NCBI GenBank assembly: GCA_934096555.1
Contig: CAKOMD010000002.1
Location: 3,128 to 67,127, forward strand
Source: an uncultured Bacilli bacterium
Lineage (GTDB): Bacteria > Bacillota_I > Bacilli_A > RF39 > UBA660
Length of the DNA: 64,000 nucleotides
Reading direction: 5' to 3'
Under the pieces are notes generated by a model. The model did not search any database and had not been told where the DNA came from. It saw only the letters and a program-made list of their open reading frames with translations. The position numbers were made by a program, and so were the translations under genes. Every line of letters starts with the position of its first letter. The first letter of the stretch is position 1. Of this stretch, positions 10,470 to 20,945 are shown one piece after another.

Positions 10470-11738
10470 ATGAATATTGAATCACATAATATGGGAGCAT
10501 ATAACCTACATTTTATAAAAACAAACAAATTTAAAACAATATCAGTGGATGTTAACTTTTATCGTGAAATAAAAGAAGAAGAAATTACTAAAAGAAACTT
10601 ATTAAAAATGATATTACTAGATTCTAATAATGACTATAAAACCGAGAGAGAATTAATTATTGAAAGTGAAAGATTATATGATATTAAAATATCTTCAGGT
10701 ATATCTAGAATAGGAAAATTTAGTGATTTATCTTTTCAAACTAAGTTTCTAAATGAAAAATATACAGAAGAGGATATGAATAAAGAGTCTATCATCTTTT
10801 TCTTAAGCTTAATATTTAATCCTTATGTAAAAGATGGTAGGTTTGTTAACATAGACAAGCAAAAGAGTAGATTATATCAAGAAATAAATAGTCTCAAAGA
10901 TAATAAAATTAAGTATTCTATGTTAAAGTTAATGGAAAAAATGAAAGATAAACCATATTCATATAATCCATATGGTAATAAAGAAGATTTAGATGATATA
11001 AGTGGTAAGGAATTATATGAATATTACAAAAAAGTTATAAATGAAGATCAAATAGATATCTTTGTACTAGGAGATTTTTCTCCTAGTGAAATGAAAGAAA
11101 TATTTAAGGAATATTTTAAAGTAAATACATTTAAAAAAGAAAATAAAGATCTTATTATTCCAGAACTAGTACCTAGAAAAAGAATAGTAAAATATCATGA
11201 GTATGATAAAGTTAGTCAGTCTCAGTTAGTACTACTATGCAGTTTAAATAATTTAACTGACTTTGAAAGAAAATATACTATAAAACTATATAGTGAAATA
11301 CTTGGAGGCTCCTCAAGCTCAGTACTTTTTAGTAGAGTTCGTGAAGAAAAAGGCTATTGCTACTACATAAACTCGGGAGTAAAAGCCTATGATAATATTC
11401 TTCTTATAAATTCTGGGGTAGAAAAAAAGAACATAGAACCTGCGATTAAATTAATTAGAAAATGTCTTAAAGATATAAATAATGGCAAGATATCTGATAA
11501 ATTACTTGAGTCGTCAAGAAATACTATTTTATCCTCAATAAAGTCTTCGTCAGATACACCATCAGGAATAATAAATACAGCATTATCTAGAGTACTTGTA
11601 TCATCAGATGATATTGAAGAGAGAATAAATAATTTTAGTAAAATTACTAAAGAAGACATTATTAAGGTAAGTAAAAAAGTTAGTCTTCATACAATTCTTA
11701 CTCTAGAAGATAAGGAGGAAGAACATGGAGAAGATTAG
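10470..11738 (+). CDS. M16 (pitrilysin/insulinase) family protein, non-catalytic partner
   Basis: 422 aa with M16 architecture but no HxxEH motif. It overlaps the downstream M16 gene by 14 nt. Confidence 0.75.
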   Translation: MNIESHNMGAYNLHFIKTNKFKTISVDVNFYREIKEEEITKRNLLKMILLDSNNDYKTERELIIESERLYDIKISSGISRIGKFSDLSFQTKFLNEKYTEEDMNKESIIFFLSLIFNPYVKDGRFVNIDKQKSRLYQEINSLKDNKIKYSMLKLMEKMKDKPYSYNPYGNKEDLDDISGKELYEYYKKVINEDQIDIFVLGDFSPSEMKEIFKEYFKVNTFKKENKDLIIPELVPRKRIVKYHEYDKVSQSQLVLLCSLNNLTDFERKYTIKLYSEILGGSSSSVLFSRVREEKGYCYYINSGVKAYDNILLINSGVEKKNIEPAIKLIRKCLKDINNGKISDKLLESSRNTILSSIKSSSDTPSGIINTALSRVLVSSDDIEERINNFSKITKEDIIKVSKKVSLHTILTLEDKEEEHGED

Positions 11739-12996
11739 AATCAAGGGAGTAGAAGAAGATATCTTTTATGAAAAATTAGATAATGGATTAGAAGTGTACT
11801 TATACACCAAAGATACGGTTCATTCAAATTATGTGACATTTACTACTAAATATGGATCTGTATATAATGAATTTGTTCCTATTGGTACTAGTAAAATGAC
11901 TACTTTTCCAAAAGGAATCGCTCATTTCTTAGAACATAAAGTATTTGCAGAAAAAGAAGATCCACAACCTATGGAATTCTTTGCTAGAAGTGGAGCAGTT
12001 TGCAATGCTTATACAACATTTAAAAATACAACCTATCTATTTTATGCTACCGAATCATTAAAAGAAAATATAGATTATCTATTAAATTATGTTCAGAATA
12101 TCTATTTAACAGATGAATCAGTCGAGAATGAAAAAAATATAATATCAGAAGAAATTCATATGTATGACGATAGACCAATGAGTATTCTTGAAGAAAAAAT
12201 AAGAAAGAATACCTTAAAGACCAATCCATATAAAGATAGTATTATTGGTACTACTGAAGATATAAGAAGTATAACCAAAGAAGATTTAGAAACCTGCTAT
12301 CATACTTTTTATCACCCTTCCAATATGTTTATGGTTATTACTGGTAATTTTGATCCAGAAGAAATAATGAATGTTATTAAAGAAAATCAAAATAAGAAAG
12401 AGTTCTCTAAAGAGGACAGTATAAAAATTAAAGAATTTACTGAAGAAGATAAAGTTGTAAAAGAAAAAGAAATAGTGAAAGTAGAAACTAATATACCTAA
12501 AATAGCTTATACTATCAAATTACCTGTAAAAGATATTAGACTTACCAGAAGAAAATTACACTTATATTTATATATATTATTTACTATTCTTTTTGATGAG
12601 ACATCAGAGTTTGACGAAAAACTAAAGAAAGATGGTATTATAAATAACACTACTTATGTTAATCTAATTAATTGTGATACTCATATTTTAATATCTTTAA
12701 TGAATGAAACAGATAAGTATGAAGAATATATAAATAAAATAAAAGATAAACTAGATAATATTGAAATAAGTGAAGAAGACTTTAATAGAAAGAAAAAAGT
12801 TCTTATAAGTAATGAAGTATTTGCCTACGAAAATACAGAGGCAGTAGGAGATATTATTATTGATAACATAATCTATAATAAACATTTAGAGGATAATCCT
12901 ATTGAAATAATTGATAGTTTAAATATGAAAGAATTTTTAGATTTAATTAAGAAAATAGACATAGATAATACTTCTTTAGTTATCTTAAAAAAATAA
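11725..12996 (+). CDS. M16 family zinc peptidase (catalytic subunit)
   Basis: GIAHFLEHKVF contains the inverted zinc motif HxxEH. 423 aa, paired with the upstream M16 paralog. Confidence 0.85.
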   Translation: MEKIRIKGVEEDIFYEKLDNGLEVYLYTKDTVHSNYVTFTTKYGSVYNEFVPIGTSKMTTFPKGIAHFLEHKVFAEKEDPQPMEFFARSGAVCNAYTTFKNTTYLFYATESLKENIDYLLNYVQNIYLTDESVENEKNIISEEIHMYDDRPMSILEEKIRKNTLKTNPYKDSIIGTTEDIRSITKEDLETCYHTFYHPSNMFMVITGNFDPEEIMNVIKENQNKKEFSKEDSIKIKEFTEEDKVVKEKEIVKVETNIPKIAYTIKLPVKDIRLTRRKLHLYLYILFTILFDETSEFDEKLKKDGIINNTTYVNLINCDTHILISLMNETDKYEEYINKIKDKLDNIEISEEDFNRKKKVLISNEVFAYENTEAVGDIIIDNIIYNKHLEDNPIEIIDSLNMKEFLDLIKKIDIDNTSLVILKK

Positions 12997-13083
12997 AAAA
13001 TATAGATAAAATATGTAAACTAATAAAAAATAGATTTAAAAAAAGATAAAAATATGCTATTATAATAATAGGGATGTGATGAT

Positions 13084-14235
13084 ATGAAGAAAATATTATC
13101 AAAATTAGATAAACCATTATTAATAGTAACAACTATCTTTTTTATTTTTGGTCTTATAATGATCCTTAGTGCTTCTTCAATGGAATCATATATGCGTTAT
13201 AATTATAGTCCATATCATTACTTTTTTAGACAGGCTATCTTTTTAGGAATAGGATTAATTGCCTTTCTCTTTGTAATTATCTTTCCTACTAAGAATTATA
13301 AGAAGCTAGATAAAGTACTACTAGGGGCAATTATATTGGCCTTAGTAGGTTTAATATTTTATGGTCATGTGGCTAATCAAGCTGTTAGCTGGTATAAAAT
13401 AGGACCTTTTGCCATTCAGCCATCTGAGTTTGCTAAAATAATAATAATAATCTATCTAGCAGTTTATTACTCTAAAAATAAAGACAAACTAGACAATCAG
13501 TGGAATATAATAAAACCAATGATATTTATAGTCATAATAGCAGTATTGGTAGCATTACAACCAGATATGGGAACTGCTACTATAATAGGATTAATAGCCC
13601 TTGCTATGTTCTATGCTGCCCCTATGGAGAAAAAGAGTAGGAGTATCTTTAACAAAATAATTATTGGTGGAATTCTCTTAGTAATATTAGTACTAGTAGT
13701 AGCAGGGGGTAAGTTTCTTCAGTCATATCAGTTAGATCGTTTTAATTATTTTAATCCGTGTGATAGGTATCAAGAAAAGACAGGTTATCAGTTATGTAAT
13801 AGCTTTATAGCTTTTAAAAATGGTAGTATAAAAGGCCAAGGCCTTGGTAATTCTACTCAAAAATATTTATATTTACCAGAATCATATACCGACTTTATCT
13901 TTCCTATCATTGTAGAAGAATGGGGGTTAATCGTTGGTATTCTTATAATCTTAGTATATATGTTTGTTCTATTTAGAATAATTCAAATAGCCAGAAGAGC
14001 TAGTAATTTAAAGAATAGTCTTATTTGTTATGGCGTATTTATTTATTTTCTTCTTCACATAATGGTAAATTTACTCGGAGTAACAGGAGTAATACCATTA
14101 ACAGGAGTACCACTTCCATTCTTATCCTATGGAGGCTCATATACAATATGTCTTATGATTGCTTTAGGATTAGTCCAAAGAGTATCAATAGAAACTAATA
14201 TACAAAAACAAAAAGAATTAAAAAAATTATCATAA
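13084..14235 (+). CDS. SEDS family peptidoglycan polymerase (FtsW/RodA/SpoVE)
   Basis: 383 aa, ~10 TM helices, with QPSEFAK, PDMGTA and LPFLSYGGS motifs. It lies directly upstream of ftsA-ftsZ. Confidence 0.9.
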   Translation: MKKILSKLDKPLLIVTTIFFIFGLIMILSASSMESYMRYNYSPYHYFFRQAIFLGIGLIAFLFVIIFPTKNYKKLDKVLLGAIILALVGLIFYGHVANQAVSWYKIGPFAIQPSEFAKIIIIIYLAVYYSKNKDKLDNQWNIIKPMIFIVIIAVLVALQPDMGTATIIGLIALAMFYAAPMEKKSRSIFNKIIIGGILLVILVLVVAGGKFLQSYQLDRFNYFNPCDRYQEKTGYQLCNSFIAFKNGSIKGQGLGNSTQKYLYLPESYTDFIFPIIVEEWGLIVGILIILVYMFVLFRIIQIARRASNLKNSLICYGVFIYFLLHIMVNLLGVTGVIPLTGVPLPFLSYGGSYTICLMIALGLVQRVSIETNIQKQKELKKLS

Positions 14236-14283
14236 CATAGACCTTAGGCTATGTTATGCCTCTTAAGACTTCGGCTTAAGAGG
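14231..14283 (+). repeat. paired-hairpin intergenic element, locus 2 (inverse orientation)
   Basis: CATAACATAG-ACCTTAGG-CTATGTTATG (14231-14258) is directly followed by CCTCTTAAG-ACTTCGG-CTTAAGAGG (14259-14283). The first hairpin overlaps the SEDS stop codon. Confidence 0.8.
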
Positions 14284-14380
14284 AAATAATAAAAAAATAA
14301 ACAAAAAGAAAAGAAAATATATACAATTCTTTCTTTTTTTGTTATAATTAAATTGTATCATTTTAGGGAGAGTCGATATC

Positions 14381-15628
14381 ATGAAAAAAATATATACTTC
14401 AATAGATATTGGATCCGATACAATTAAGTTTGTCGTGGGTGAATACTTCAAAGAAAAAGTAAACATACTATATGCACACGAAGAAAAAGCAAAAGGAATA
14501 AGAAAAGGTTTAATTGTCGATCCTAACTTAGCTATTAATGCTATCAAAGATGGTATTAAAGTAGTTAATAATTATTTAGGTATTAATATAAAAAAAGTAG
14601 TAGTAGGTGTTCCTGACTATAATGCTAAATTTATGTTTGTAACAGGTAGTACAAATATTACAGATGAAGAAGAAATAATTACTACCGAAGATATAAATAA
14701 AGTAATAAAAGAGTCAGTATATTCTAAAATAGCTCAGGATTACGAACTAATAACAGTACTACCATTGGTTTTCTTAATAGATGGAAAACCAGAAACAAAA
14801 CCATGTGGTAAGACAGGAAAAGTTCTAGAAGTTAAAGGAATAATGATTACTGCTCCTAAAAAGAATATCTATTCTGTGCTATCTGTTATGGAAGGTGCAG
14901 GACTAGAGGTTGCCGATATTACTATATCAGGTATTGGAGACTACTACGAAGTAAGAAATAGTGATTTAAATAAAAAAGTTGGAGCTATTATAAATATAGG
15001 TCATGAAACCACTAATGTATCAGTATATAATAAAGGTTGTATTATGAATACTGAAACTATTCAATTAGGTGGCACTAATATTGATAAAGACTTAGCTTAT
15101 ATGTTTAATATAAATATCTTTGATGCTAGGGTAATTAAAGAAAAGTTTGCTTCTAGTCATAAAAGATTTATAGCTCTAAATGATGTATATATGGTAAAAA
15201 ACACTGCTGGTGAAGAAATAAAATTAAATCAAATTGAAGTTACTGAAATAGTAATGGATAGAATAGTAGAAATATTAAATCTAGCACGTAAGCAAATATT
15301 ACTATTGACAAAACAAGACATTTCTTATATAGTAATAACAGGAGGATTAACTGAAATAAGGGCATTTAAAAATTTAGTATATGAAATTTTTGGAAAAGAT
15401 GTTATAATATATTCAGAAGATACCCTCGGAGTAAGAAATAATAAATATACTACAGCAGTAGGTATGATAAAATATTTTGCCGATAAGATGGAAACTAGGG
15501 GGAAAGAGTACTCAATGGTAGATAGAGAGGACGAAGAACTACTTATCAATCCAAATAATAAGAATAAAAAGGACAGAACGAAGATTACCAAAATATTTGG
15601 AAGTTTTATTGGTACTAAGGAGGATTAA
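14381..15628 (+). CDS. ftsA: cell division protein FtsA
   Basis: [14 protein letters not shown] start, actin-fold phosphate motifs ([21 protein letters not shown]), and position upstream of ftsZ. Confidence 0.9.
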   Translation: MKKIYTSIDIGSDTIKFVVGEYFKEKVNILYAHEEKAKGIRKGLIVDPNLAINAIKDGIKVVNNYLGINIKKVVVGVPDYNAKFMFVTGSTNITDEEEIITTEDINKVIKESVYSKIAQDYELITVLPLVFLIDGKPETKPCGKTGKVLEVKGIMITAPKKNIYSVLSVMEGAGLEVADITISGIGDYYEVRNSDLNKKVGAIINIGHETTNVSVYNKGCIMNTETIQLGGTNIDKDLAYMFNINIFDARVIKEKFASSHKRFIALNDVYMVKNTAGEEIKLNQIEVTEIVMDRIVEILNLARKQILLLTKQDISYIVITGGLTEIRAFKNLVYEIFGKDVIIYSEDTLGVRNNKYTTAVGMIKYFADKMETRGKEYSMVDREDEELLINPNNKNKKDRTKITKIFGSFIGTKED

Positions 15629-15630
15629 AA

Positions 15631-16707
15631 ATGAATAATATGTTTGGTTTAGAAATGGATCAGTTAGCAAAAATAAAAGTAATTGGAGTAGGTGGAGGCG
15701 GTTGTAACGCTGTCAATAGAATGATAGAGTCTGGCTTAAAAGGCGTTGAATTCATTGTAGCAAATACTGATCTTCAAGTATTAAATAATTCTTTAGCTCC
15801 AATAAAGTTACAAATAGGTAGAGAATTAACTGATGGGCTAGGAGCTGGTGCTAATCCTGAAATAGGTCGAGAAGCTGCTCTTGAGTCTAAAGCAGAAATA
15901 GAAGAAGCAATTAAAGGTGCTGATATGGTCTTCATAACTTGCGGTATGGGAGGTGGAACTGGTACTGGTGCTGCCCCTGTTATTGCAGAAATATCACAAG
16001 ATTTAGGAGCATTAACCGTAGGTATAGTTACTAAACCATTTAGTTTTGAAGGTAAAAAGAGAATGAGTCAAGCTGTATCAGGACTTGATGAATTAAAGAA
16101 ACACGTTGATACCTTAATCGTAATACCCAACGATAGATTAAGAGAATTAATTGATAAATCTACTCCAATGCTTGAAGCATTTAGAGAAGTAGATAATGTA
16201 CTACATAGAGGTGTACAATCAATATCAGACTTAATCGCTGTATCAGGACTAGTTAACCTAGACTTTGCTGATGTAAAGGCTGTTATGAAAGATAGAGGTA
16301 ATGCTCTAATAGGTATAGGTGTAGGATCAGGTGAAAATAGAGCTGTAGAGGCCGCTAAACAAGCTGTATCATCACCATTATTAGAAACATCAATAAATGG
16401 TGCTACAGATGCTATAATCAATGTTACAGGAGGCGCTTCACTTACTTTATTTGAAGTAGAAGAAGCTGCTGAAGTAATTAGAACTGCCGCTAATACAGAT
16501 ATTAATACTATCTTTGGAGCAGTAATAAATGAAAACTTAAATGATGAAGTAATAGTTACTGTTATAGCAACAGGATTTGAAAACCAAAGTGAACCACTAT
16601 ATCATAGTTTTGATTCCACTAGAAGAGAAGATCTTTATAGAGAAGCAACTGGTGATATGGATAATGATTTAGATATTCCACCATTTTTAAGAGATAGAGA
16701 CTTCTAA
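15631..16707 (+). CDS. ftsZ: cell division protein FtsZ
   Basis: [28 protein letters not shown] and the tubulin signature [11 protein letters not shown] are present. The C-terminal peptide is DIPPFLR. Confidence 0.97.
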   Translation: MNNMFGLEMDQLAKIKVIGVGGGGCNAVNRMIESGLKGVEFIVANTDLQVLNNSLAPIKLQIGRELTDGLGAGANPEIGREAALESKAEIEEAIKGADMVFITCGMGGGTGTGAAPVIAEISQDLGALTVGIVTKPFSFEGKKRMSQAVSGLDELKKHVDTLIVIPNDRLRELIDKSTPMLEAFREVDNVLHRGVQSISDLIAVSGLVNLDFADVKAVMKDRGNALIGIGVGSGENRAVEAAKQAVSSPLLETSINGATDAIINVTGGASLTLFEVEEAAEVIRTAANTDINTIFGAVINENLNDEVIVTVIATGFENQSEPLYHSFDSTRREDLYREATGDMDNDLDIPPFLRDRDF

Positions 16708-16816
16708 TTAGAGTCTCTTTTATTATAATTATAATTAGTTTGTCAAATTTATGTAAACAGTATTGTAATTATTTATTTAGTAGTGTATTCTAGTAATAGA
16801 GAGGGAGAGTGATAGT

Positions 16817-17017
16817 GTGATTTATCCATCTATTGATAAAATCTTGAATATAGTAGATTCTAAGTATGCTCTTGTATATATTGTATCTGATAGGGCAAAA
16901 CAAATGACAAGAACAGGCTATTATCAAATGCCTATCAAAGAATATAAGAGTTCTAAAAATATAGGTAGAGCTCTAGAAGAAGTATATAATGGATTAATTC
17001 ACATAGAGAAACGTTAA
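16817..17017 (+). CDS. rpoZ: DNA-directed RNA polymerase subunit omega (probable)
   Basis: 66 aa with PSIDKILNIVDSKYALVYIVSDRAKQM, which resembles the Gram-positive omega N-terminus. GTG start behind GGGAGAG. Confidence 0.65.
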   Translation: MIYPSIDKILNIVDSKYALVYIVSDRAKQMTRTGYYQMPIKEYKSSKNIGRALEEVYNGLIHIEKR

Positions 17018-17036
17018 AAAATGTTTCTCTTTTTCT
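17005..17036 (+). terminator. rho-independent terminator after rpoZ
   Basis: AGAGAAAC / GTTTCTCT stem spanning the stop codon, followed by TTTTTC. Confidence 0.6.
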
Positions 17037-17081
17037 TGATAAAATTAACGTATTAATGTATACTTAAATTAAGGTGATATT

Positions 17082-18107
17082 ATGTATTTTTTACTAGATG
17101 CTTGCAAACATCCAACAATACTTAGAGTATTATATTTTGCATATTTATTTTGGGAAATACTCGCAGTAGTTATACCAATAGGATTAATTATAATGTTAAT
17201 GATAGACTTCACTAAAGCAGTAGTTATTAGTAAAGAAGACGCACAAGTTAAAAGTATGAAACTTGTTGGCAAGAGAATAATGTATGCTGTTCTTATCTTT
17301 GCTACTCCATGGTTAGTTAGTCTAATAATGACTATCCTTGATGGTGCAGGAGTAGAATTGGGCGGAGACTATATGCAGTGTATTAATACCGTGAAAAATA
17401 TAGCAAATGGTACTGATAATATTGAAAAATATGATAGGCTTCTTGAAGAAGAGGAAGAATTAGAAAAAAAGAAATTAGAAGAACAACGTAGGGCAAATGA
17501 TGAGTCCAGAAAAGAATTAGCAGATGAAACCAAATATGTAAATGCCGCTACACAAATGTTAAACATAGCGAAAGGTGAAATAGGCCATAAAGGTGGTAAC
17601 AAATATAGTGGTTATGGTGATTCCACTCCATGGTGTGCCTTCTTTGCAGTATGGTTAACTGAACAAACCAAAATAGATGGTGAAGGAACAGTTCGTAATA
17701 TTATAGAAAAAGAAGGACCAATATATAGTACAGGAGCTGCTGGCGGTACAATGATTAATTTCAATACCGCAAGTAATCTAGAATTCCATTATTCAAAATA
17801 TTATGGTGGAAATTATACTCCTAAAAAAGGTGACTTTATTTATTATAGATTTGATAATCATAATTGGGATAAGAAAATATATGGAAGTATGTTTGATCAA
17901 ACCGATCATGTAGGTATTGTTGATTACGTAGAAGGTAATAAATTACATACAGTAGAAGGCAATATGTCTAATGGAAATGGTGGTGGAAGTGCCAATAACG
18001 TAGTAGCTCCAGTAGATTATTATACACTAGATAGTTCAGATATAATGGGTTATGGTTCTTGGTATAAGACATCAGGTGGCTACAGTGGCAGTGGCGGTAA
18101 ATTCTAA
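17082..18107 (+). CDS. membrane-anchored CHAP-domain (NlpC/P60-like) peptidoglycan hydrolase, cassette A
   Basis: Two N-terminal TM helices, an acidic coiled linker (LLEEEEELEKKKLEEQRR), then a CHAP-like domain. The domain has TPWCAFFAVW (Cys), GDFIYY and DHVGIVDY...HTVEGN (His). Confidence 0.8.
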   Translation: MYFLLDACKHPTILRVLYFAYLFWEILAVVIPIGLIIMLMIDFTKAVVISKEDAQVKSMKLVGKRIMYAVLIFATPWLVSLIMTILDGAGVELGGDYMQCINTVKNIANGTDNIEKYDRLLEEEEELEKKKLEEQRRANDESRKELADETKYVNAATQMLNIAKGEIGHKGGNKYSGYGDSTPWCAFFAVWLTEQTKIDGEGTVRNIIEKEGPIYSTGAAGGTMINFNTASNLEFHYSKYYGGNYTPKKGDFIYYRFDNHNWDKKIYGSMFDQTDHVGIVDYVEGNKLHTVEGNMSNGNGGGSANNVVAPVDYYTLDSSDIMGYGSWYKTSGGYSGSGGKF

Positions 18108-18121
18108 AATAGGAGGCTCTT

Positions 18122-18787
18122 ATGAAAAATAAATTATACTTTATTATACCATTACTACTATTACTTAGTGGTTGTACAGTTAACTATAATCTTGATATCA
18201 ATAAGGATAAAATAACCGAAAATATTAGCGGTACTGTAACTAATGAAGAAATAACTCCAGAAGTAGAAGGAAAAAGCGATGTTAACCCCAAATATTATTA
18301 CCTATACTTGGATGATTCATCATTAATTACAGATAGTAATGAAAAATATACCAAAGATATTACAGATACTAATAATGGTAAGAAGTTCAACTTCAATTAT
18401 ACATATGAAGGTAACTATAATAAATCAAAAGTAATTAATACCTGCTTTGAAAATCATACCATAAATGAAACTGACGACTACTATTATATTAAATTAAGTG
18501 GTAAATTTGCTTGTCTATACTCTGATAAAATTAATATTAATGTAACCAGTAGCTATGAAGTACTAGATAATAACGCTCAAAAAGTAGATGGTAATAAATA
18601 TACTTGGGTAATAGATAATCCAGACAATGTAGACATTACCTTAACAGTATCAAAGACAGTAGAATATAAAACTCCCACTAGAGCAAAAACATTTAGTACA
18701 TTTCAGTTAATAGGCCTTATAATATTTGCATTATTGACTATAATAACATATTTTTTATACAAAAAGAAAAATAGCGGCGAAATATAA
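18122..18787 (+). CDS. lipoprotein with additional C-terminal TM anchor, cassette A partner
   Basis: Lipobox LLLLSGC, and a C-terminal hydrophobic helix FSTFQLIGLIIFALLTIITYFLYKKKNSGEI. Strong RBS (AGGAGG) 14 nt after the upstream stop. Confidence 0.75.
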   Translation: MKNKLYFIIPLLLLLSGCTVNYNLDINKDKITENISGTVTNEEITPEVEGKSDVNPKYYYLYLDDSSLITDSNEKYTKDITDTNNGKKFNFNYTYEGNYNKSKVINTCFENHTINETDDYYYIKLSGKFACLYSDKININVTSSYEVLDNNAQKVDGNKYTWVIDNPDNVDITLTVSKTVEYKTPTRAKTFSTFQLIGLIIFALLTIITYFLYKKKNSGEI

Positions 18788-18919
18788 CCGCTTTTATCTT
18801 ATGGCAAGATTTTAACTATTAAATAGTATAAAGTCAAGTCTAGATTTTTAGTGATATTTGTTATCCATTTTACTTGAAAAAAAACAAATAATAAGTTATA
18901 CTTAAAGCAAGGTGATAGT

Positions 18920-19933
18920 ATGTATTTTTTACTAGATGCTTGTCAGCATCCAACAATACTTAGAGTATTATATTTTGCATATTTATTTTGGGAAATACTC
19001 GCAGTAGTTATACCAATAGGATTAATTATAATGCTAATGGTAGATTTTACTAAAGCTGTAGTTATCAGTAAAGAAAACGAACAAGTTAAAAGTATGAAAC
19101 TTGTCAGTAAGAGAATAATGTACGCTGTTCTTATTTTTGCTACACCATGGTTAGTTAGTCTAGTAATGACTACACTTGATGGCGTTGGCGTAGAATTAGG
19201 CGGCGACTATATGCAGTGTATTACCACAGTTAAAAATATAGCAAATGGTACTGAAAATATTGAAAAGTATGATAAACTTCTTGAAGAAGAGGAAGAAGAA
19301 GAAAGATTAAAATATGCTGCTTCACGTTCATTCAATAATCAGACCGATTTAATAAAAGCTAATTACAGTGCTAATTATGACAATTTACAGCAGTGTACTG
19401 ATTCAAGATGGAGTAGTTATCCGGTTTGCTTAAAATCAAAGACTATATGTTCTTCAGGATGTGGTTATATGGCTTATACTATGGTAGTTAGACACTTTGG
19501 ATATACTAATATAACCCCGCCAAATATTGTTGATATTGCTTGCAATGAATATGGATATACTGGAAGTGCTGCCTCAATACAATTTTTAACTAGTGGTATT
19601 TTAAACAATCGTTATGGAATAAAAGTAAGGGTAATAGCTAATAGTTATGATGCTAGTCCACCAAGCAAAATAAACGAAAACAAAAAATATCTAAGTACAA
19701 TGAAGAAAGGACTACGTGAAGGAAAGGCATACATTATCCTACAACCAGGACACTATCTATCAATACTCGGTATAAATAATGACGATACAATAATTGTTGG
19801 AGATTCAGGCAGGGGCTATGGTAGTACAAATAAATATACACTAGAAAGCTTTTATGAAGCTACTAAAAACAGCCCAAATAATGATTGTGAAACTTCTTGC
19901 GGTTGGACTTTTATAGGTGAGTATAGTAAATAG
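18920..19933 (+). CDS. membrane-anchored papain/C39-like cysteine peptidase-domain protein, cassette B
   Basis: The first ~125 aa are nearly identical to the 17082 protein. The C-terminal domain is unrelated: CSSGCGYMAYTMVV (Cys) ... QPGHYLSILG (His) ... VGDSG. It resembles the C39-like domain of the 31867 protein. Confidence 0.75.
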   Translation: MYFLLDACQHPTILRVLYFAYLFWEILAVVIPIGLIIMLMVDFTKAVVISKENEQVKSMKLVSKRIMYAVLIFATPWLVSLVMTTLDGVGVELGGDYMQCITTVKNIANGTENIEKYDKLLEEEEEEERLKYAASRSFNNQTDLIKANYSANYDNLQQCTDSRWSSYPVCLKSKTICSSGCGYMAYTMVVRHFGYTNITPPNIVDIACNEYGYTGSAASIQFLTSGILNNRYGIKVRVIANSYDASPPSKINENKKYLSTMKKGLREGKAYIILQPGHYLSILGINNDDTIIVGDSGRGYGSTNKYTLESFYEATKNSPNNDCETSCGWTFIGEYSK

Positions 19934-19943
19934 AGGAGATACA

Positions 19944-20612
19944 ATGAAAAGGAAAATAATTATTCTTGCAACAACTTTAATATTACTAACAGGATGTTCC
20001 GCTACTTATGATTTATATTTAGATAAAAATAATATTACTGAAAGAACATACATATATGATAGTACTAAGAAGCTTGAAGGCTTAGAATATTACGATATGA
20101 ATAAAGGAAATGAAGTGAGCATTGACTTATATGCCAATGAAGTAGCAGCCTTTGAAAATAACTTTAAATATGAAAAAGAAGAAATAAAAACTAATAATGG
20201 TAATAATTTTGGATATAGGTATAATACTTCATATAAGTATAATGAATTCAATAAATTATCGGTAGTAGCGGCCTGCTACGACAAAATAGAAATAAAAAAT
20301 GATGATAATATTTCTGTTAAAACATCAAATGAATTTAAATGCTTTGATAAATATTCTCTATTAGAAGATGTGACTATTCGAATTCATTACACAGGAAAAG
20401 TATTAAATACCAATGCTGATAAAGTAGAAAATGATATTTATATATGGAAAATAACTAAAGATAATTATAAAAATAGCAGTATTATCTTTACTGCTGAAAA
20501 AGTAAAAACAAAGATATTTAGTACATTTCAAATAGTAGGATTAATAATACTAACAATATTAATAGTAATAACATATTTATTATATAAAAGAAAAAATAGT
20601 GGTAAAATATAA
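19944..20612 (+). CDS. lipoprotein with additional C-terminal TM anchor, cassette B partner
   Basis: Lipobox ILLTGC and C-terminal FSTFQIVGLIILTILIVITYLLYKRKNSGKI. It is a diverged paralog of 18122..18787. The start is placed at ATG 19944, behind GAGGAG. Confidence 0.75.
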   Translation: MKRKIIILATTLILLTGCSATYDLYLDKNNITERTYIYDSTKKLEGLEYYDMNKGNEVSIDLYANEVAAFENNFKYEKEEIKTNNGNNFGYRYNTSYKYNEFNKLSVVAACYDKIEIKNDDNISVKTSNEFKCFDKYSLLEDVTIRIHYTGKVLNTNADKVENDIYIWKITKDNYKNSSIIFTAEKVKTKIFSTFQIVGLIILTILIVITYLLYKRKNSGKI

Positions 20613-20684
20613 CTGCTATTTTTGTTCTTCTTTCTTTCTTCTAGCATATACTTTAATGTAGAAGAAAGGAATGATAAAATAAAC

Positions 20685-20945
20685 ATGGAAACAATTAAAG
20701 TTTCATCTAAGTCTAATCCCAATTCAGTGGCAGGAGCGCTTGCCAATGTATTCAGAGAAAAAGGAATAGTAGAAGTACAAGCAATAGGCGCGGGAGCTCT
20801 TAACCAAGCCATAAAGGGAGTAGCTATAGCAAGAGGATTTGTTGCTCCATCGGGTAAAAACCTTGTTTGCACGCCAGCCTTTATTGACATATCAATAGAT
20901 GGTGAAGAAAGAACCGCTATTAAACTAATTGTCGAAGCCAAATAG
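20685..20945 (+). CDS. spoVS: stage V sporulation protein S
   Basis: 86 aa: METIKVSSKSNPNSVAGALANVFREKG..EVQAIGAGALNQAIKGVAIARGFVAPSGKNLVCTPAF.DI.IDGEERTAIKLIVE. It is near-collinear with known SpoVS. Confidence 0.92.
   Translation: METIKVSSKSNPNSVAGALANVFREKGIVEVQAIGAGALNQAIKGVAIARGFVAPSGKNLVCTPAFIDISIDGEERTAIKLIVEAK

Noticed and set aside
10470-12996. The M16 peptidase pair as part of a peptide-maturation (bacteriocin) cluster.
   Set aside because: No precursor peptide, radical SAM enzyme or ABC exporter is adjacent. An inactive-plus-active M16 pair in this position is a common housekeeping arrangement in Firmicutes.
14263-14547. 94-aa minus-strand ORF spanning the intergenic hairpins and the ftsA start.
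   Set aside because: It runs antisense through the ftsA start and the repeat element, has no RBS, and its composition is typical of an AT-rich antisense frame.
16068-16421. Long antisense or alternative-frame ORFs inside highly conserved genes. Examples are 16068..16421 in ftsZ, 59716..59916, 59769..59957 and 61337..61597 in fusA, 62164..62448 in tuf, and 5153..5536 in rbgA.
   Set aside because: They lie within genes whose main frame is unambiguous. They have no RBS and skewed composition, so they are shadow ORFs.
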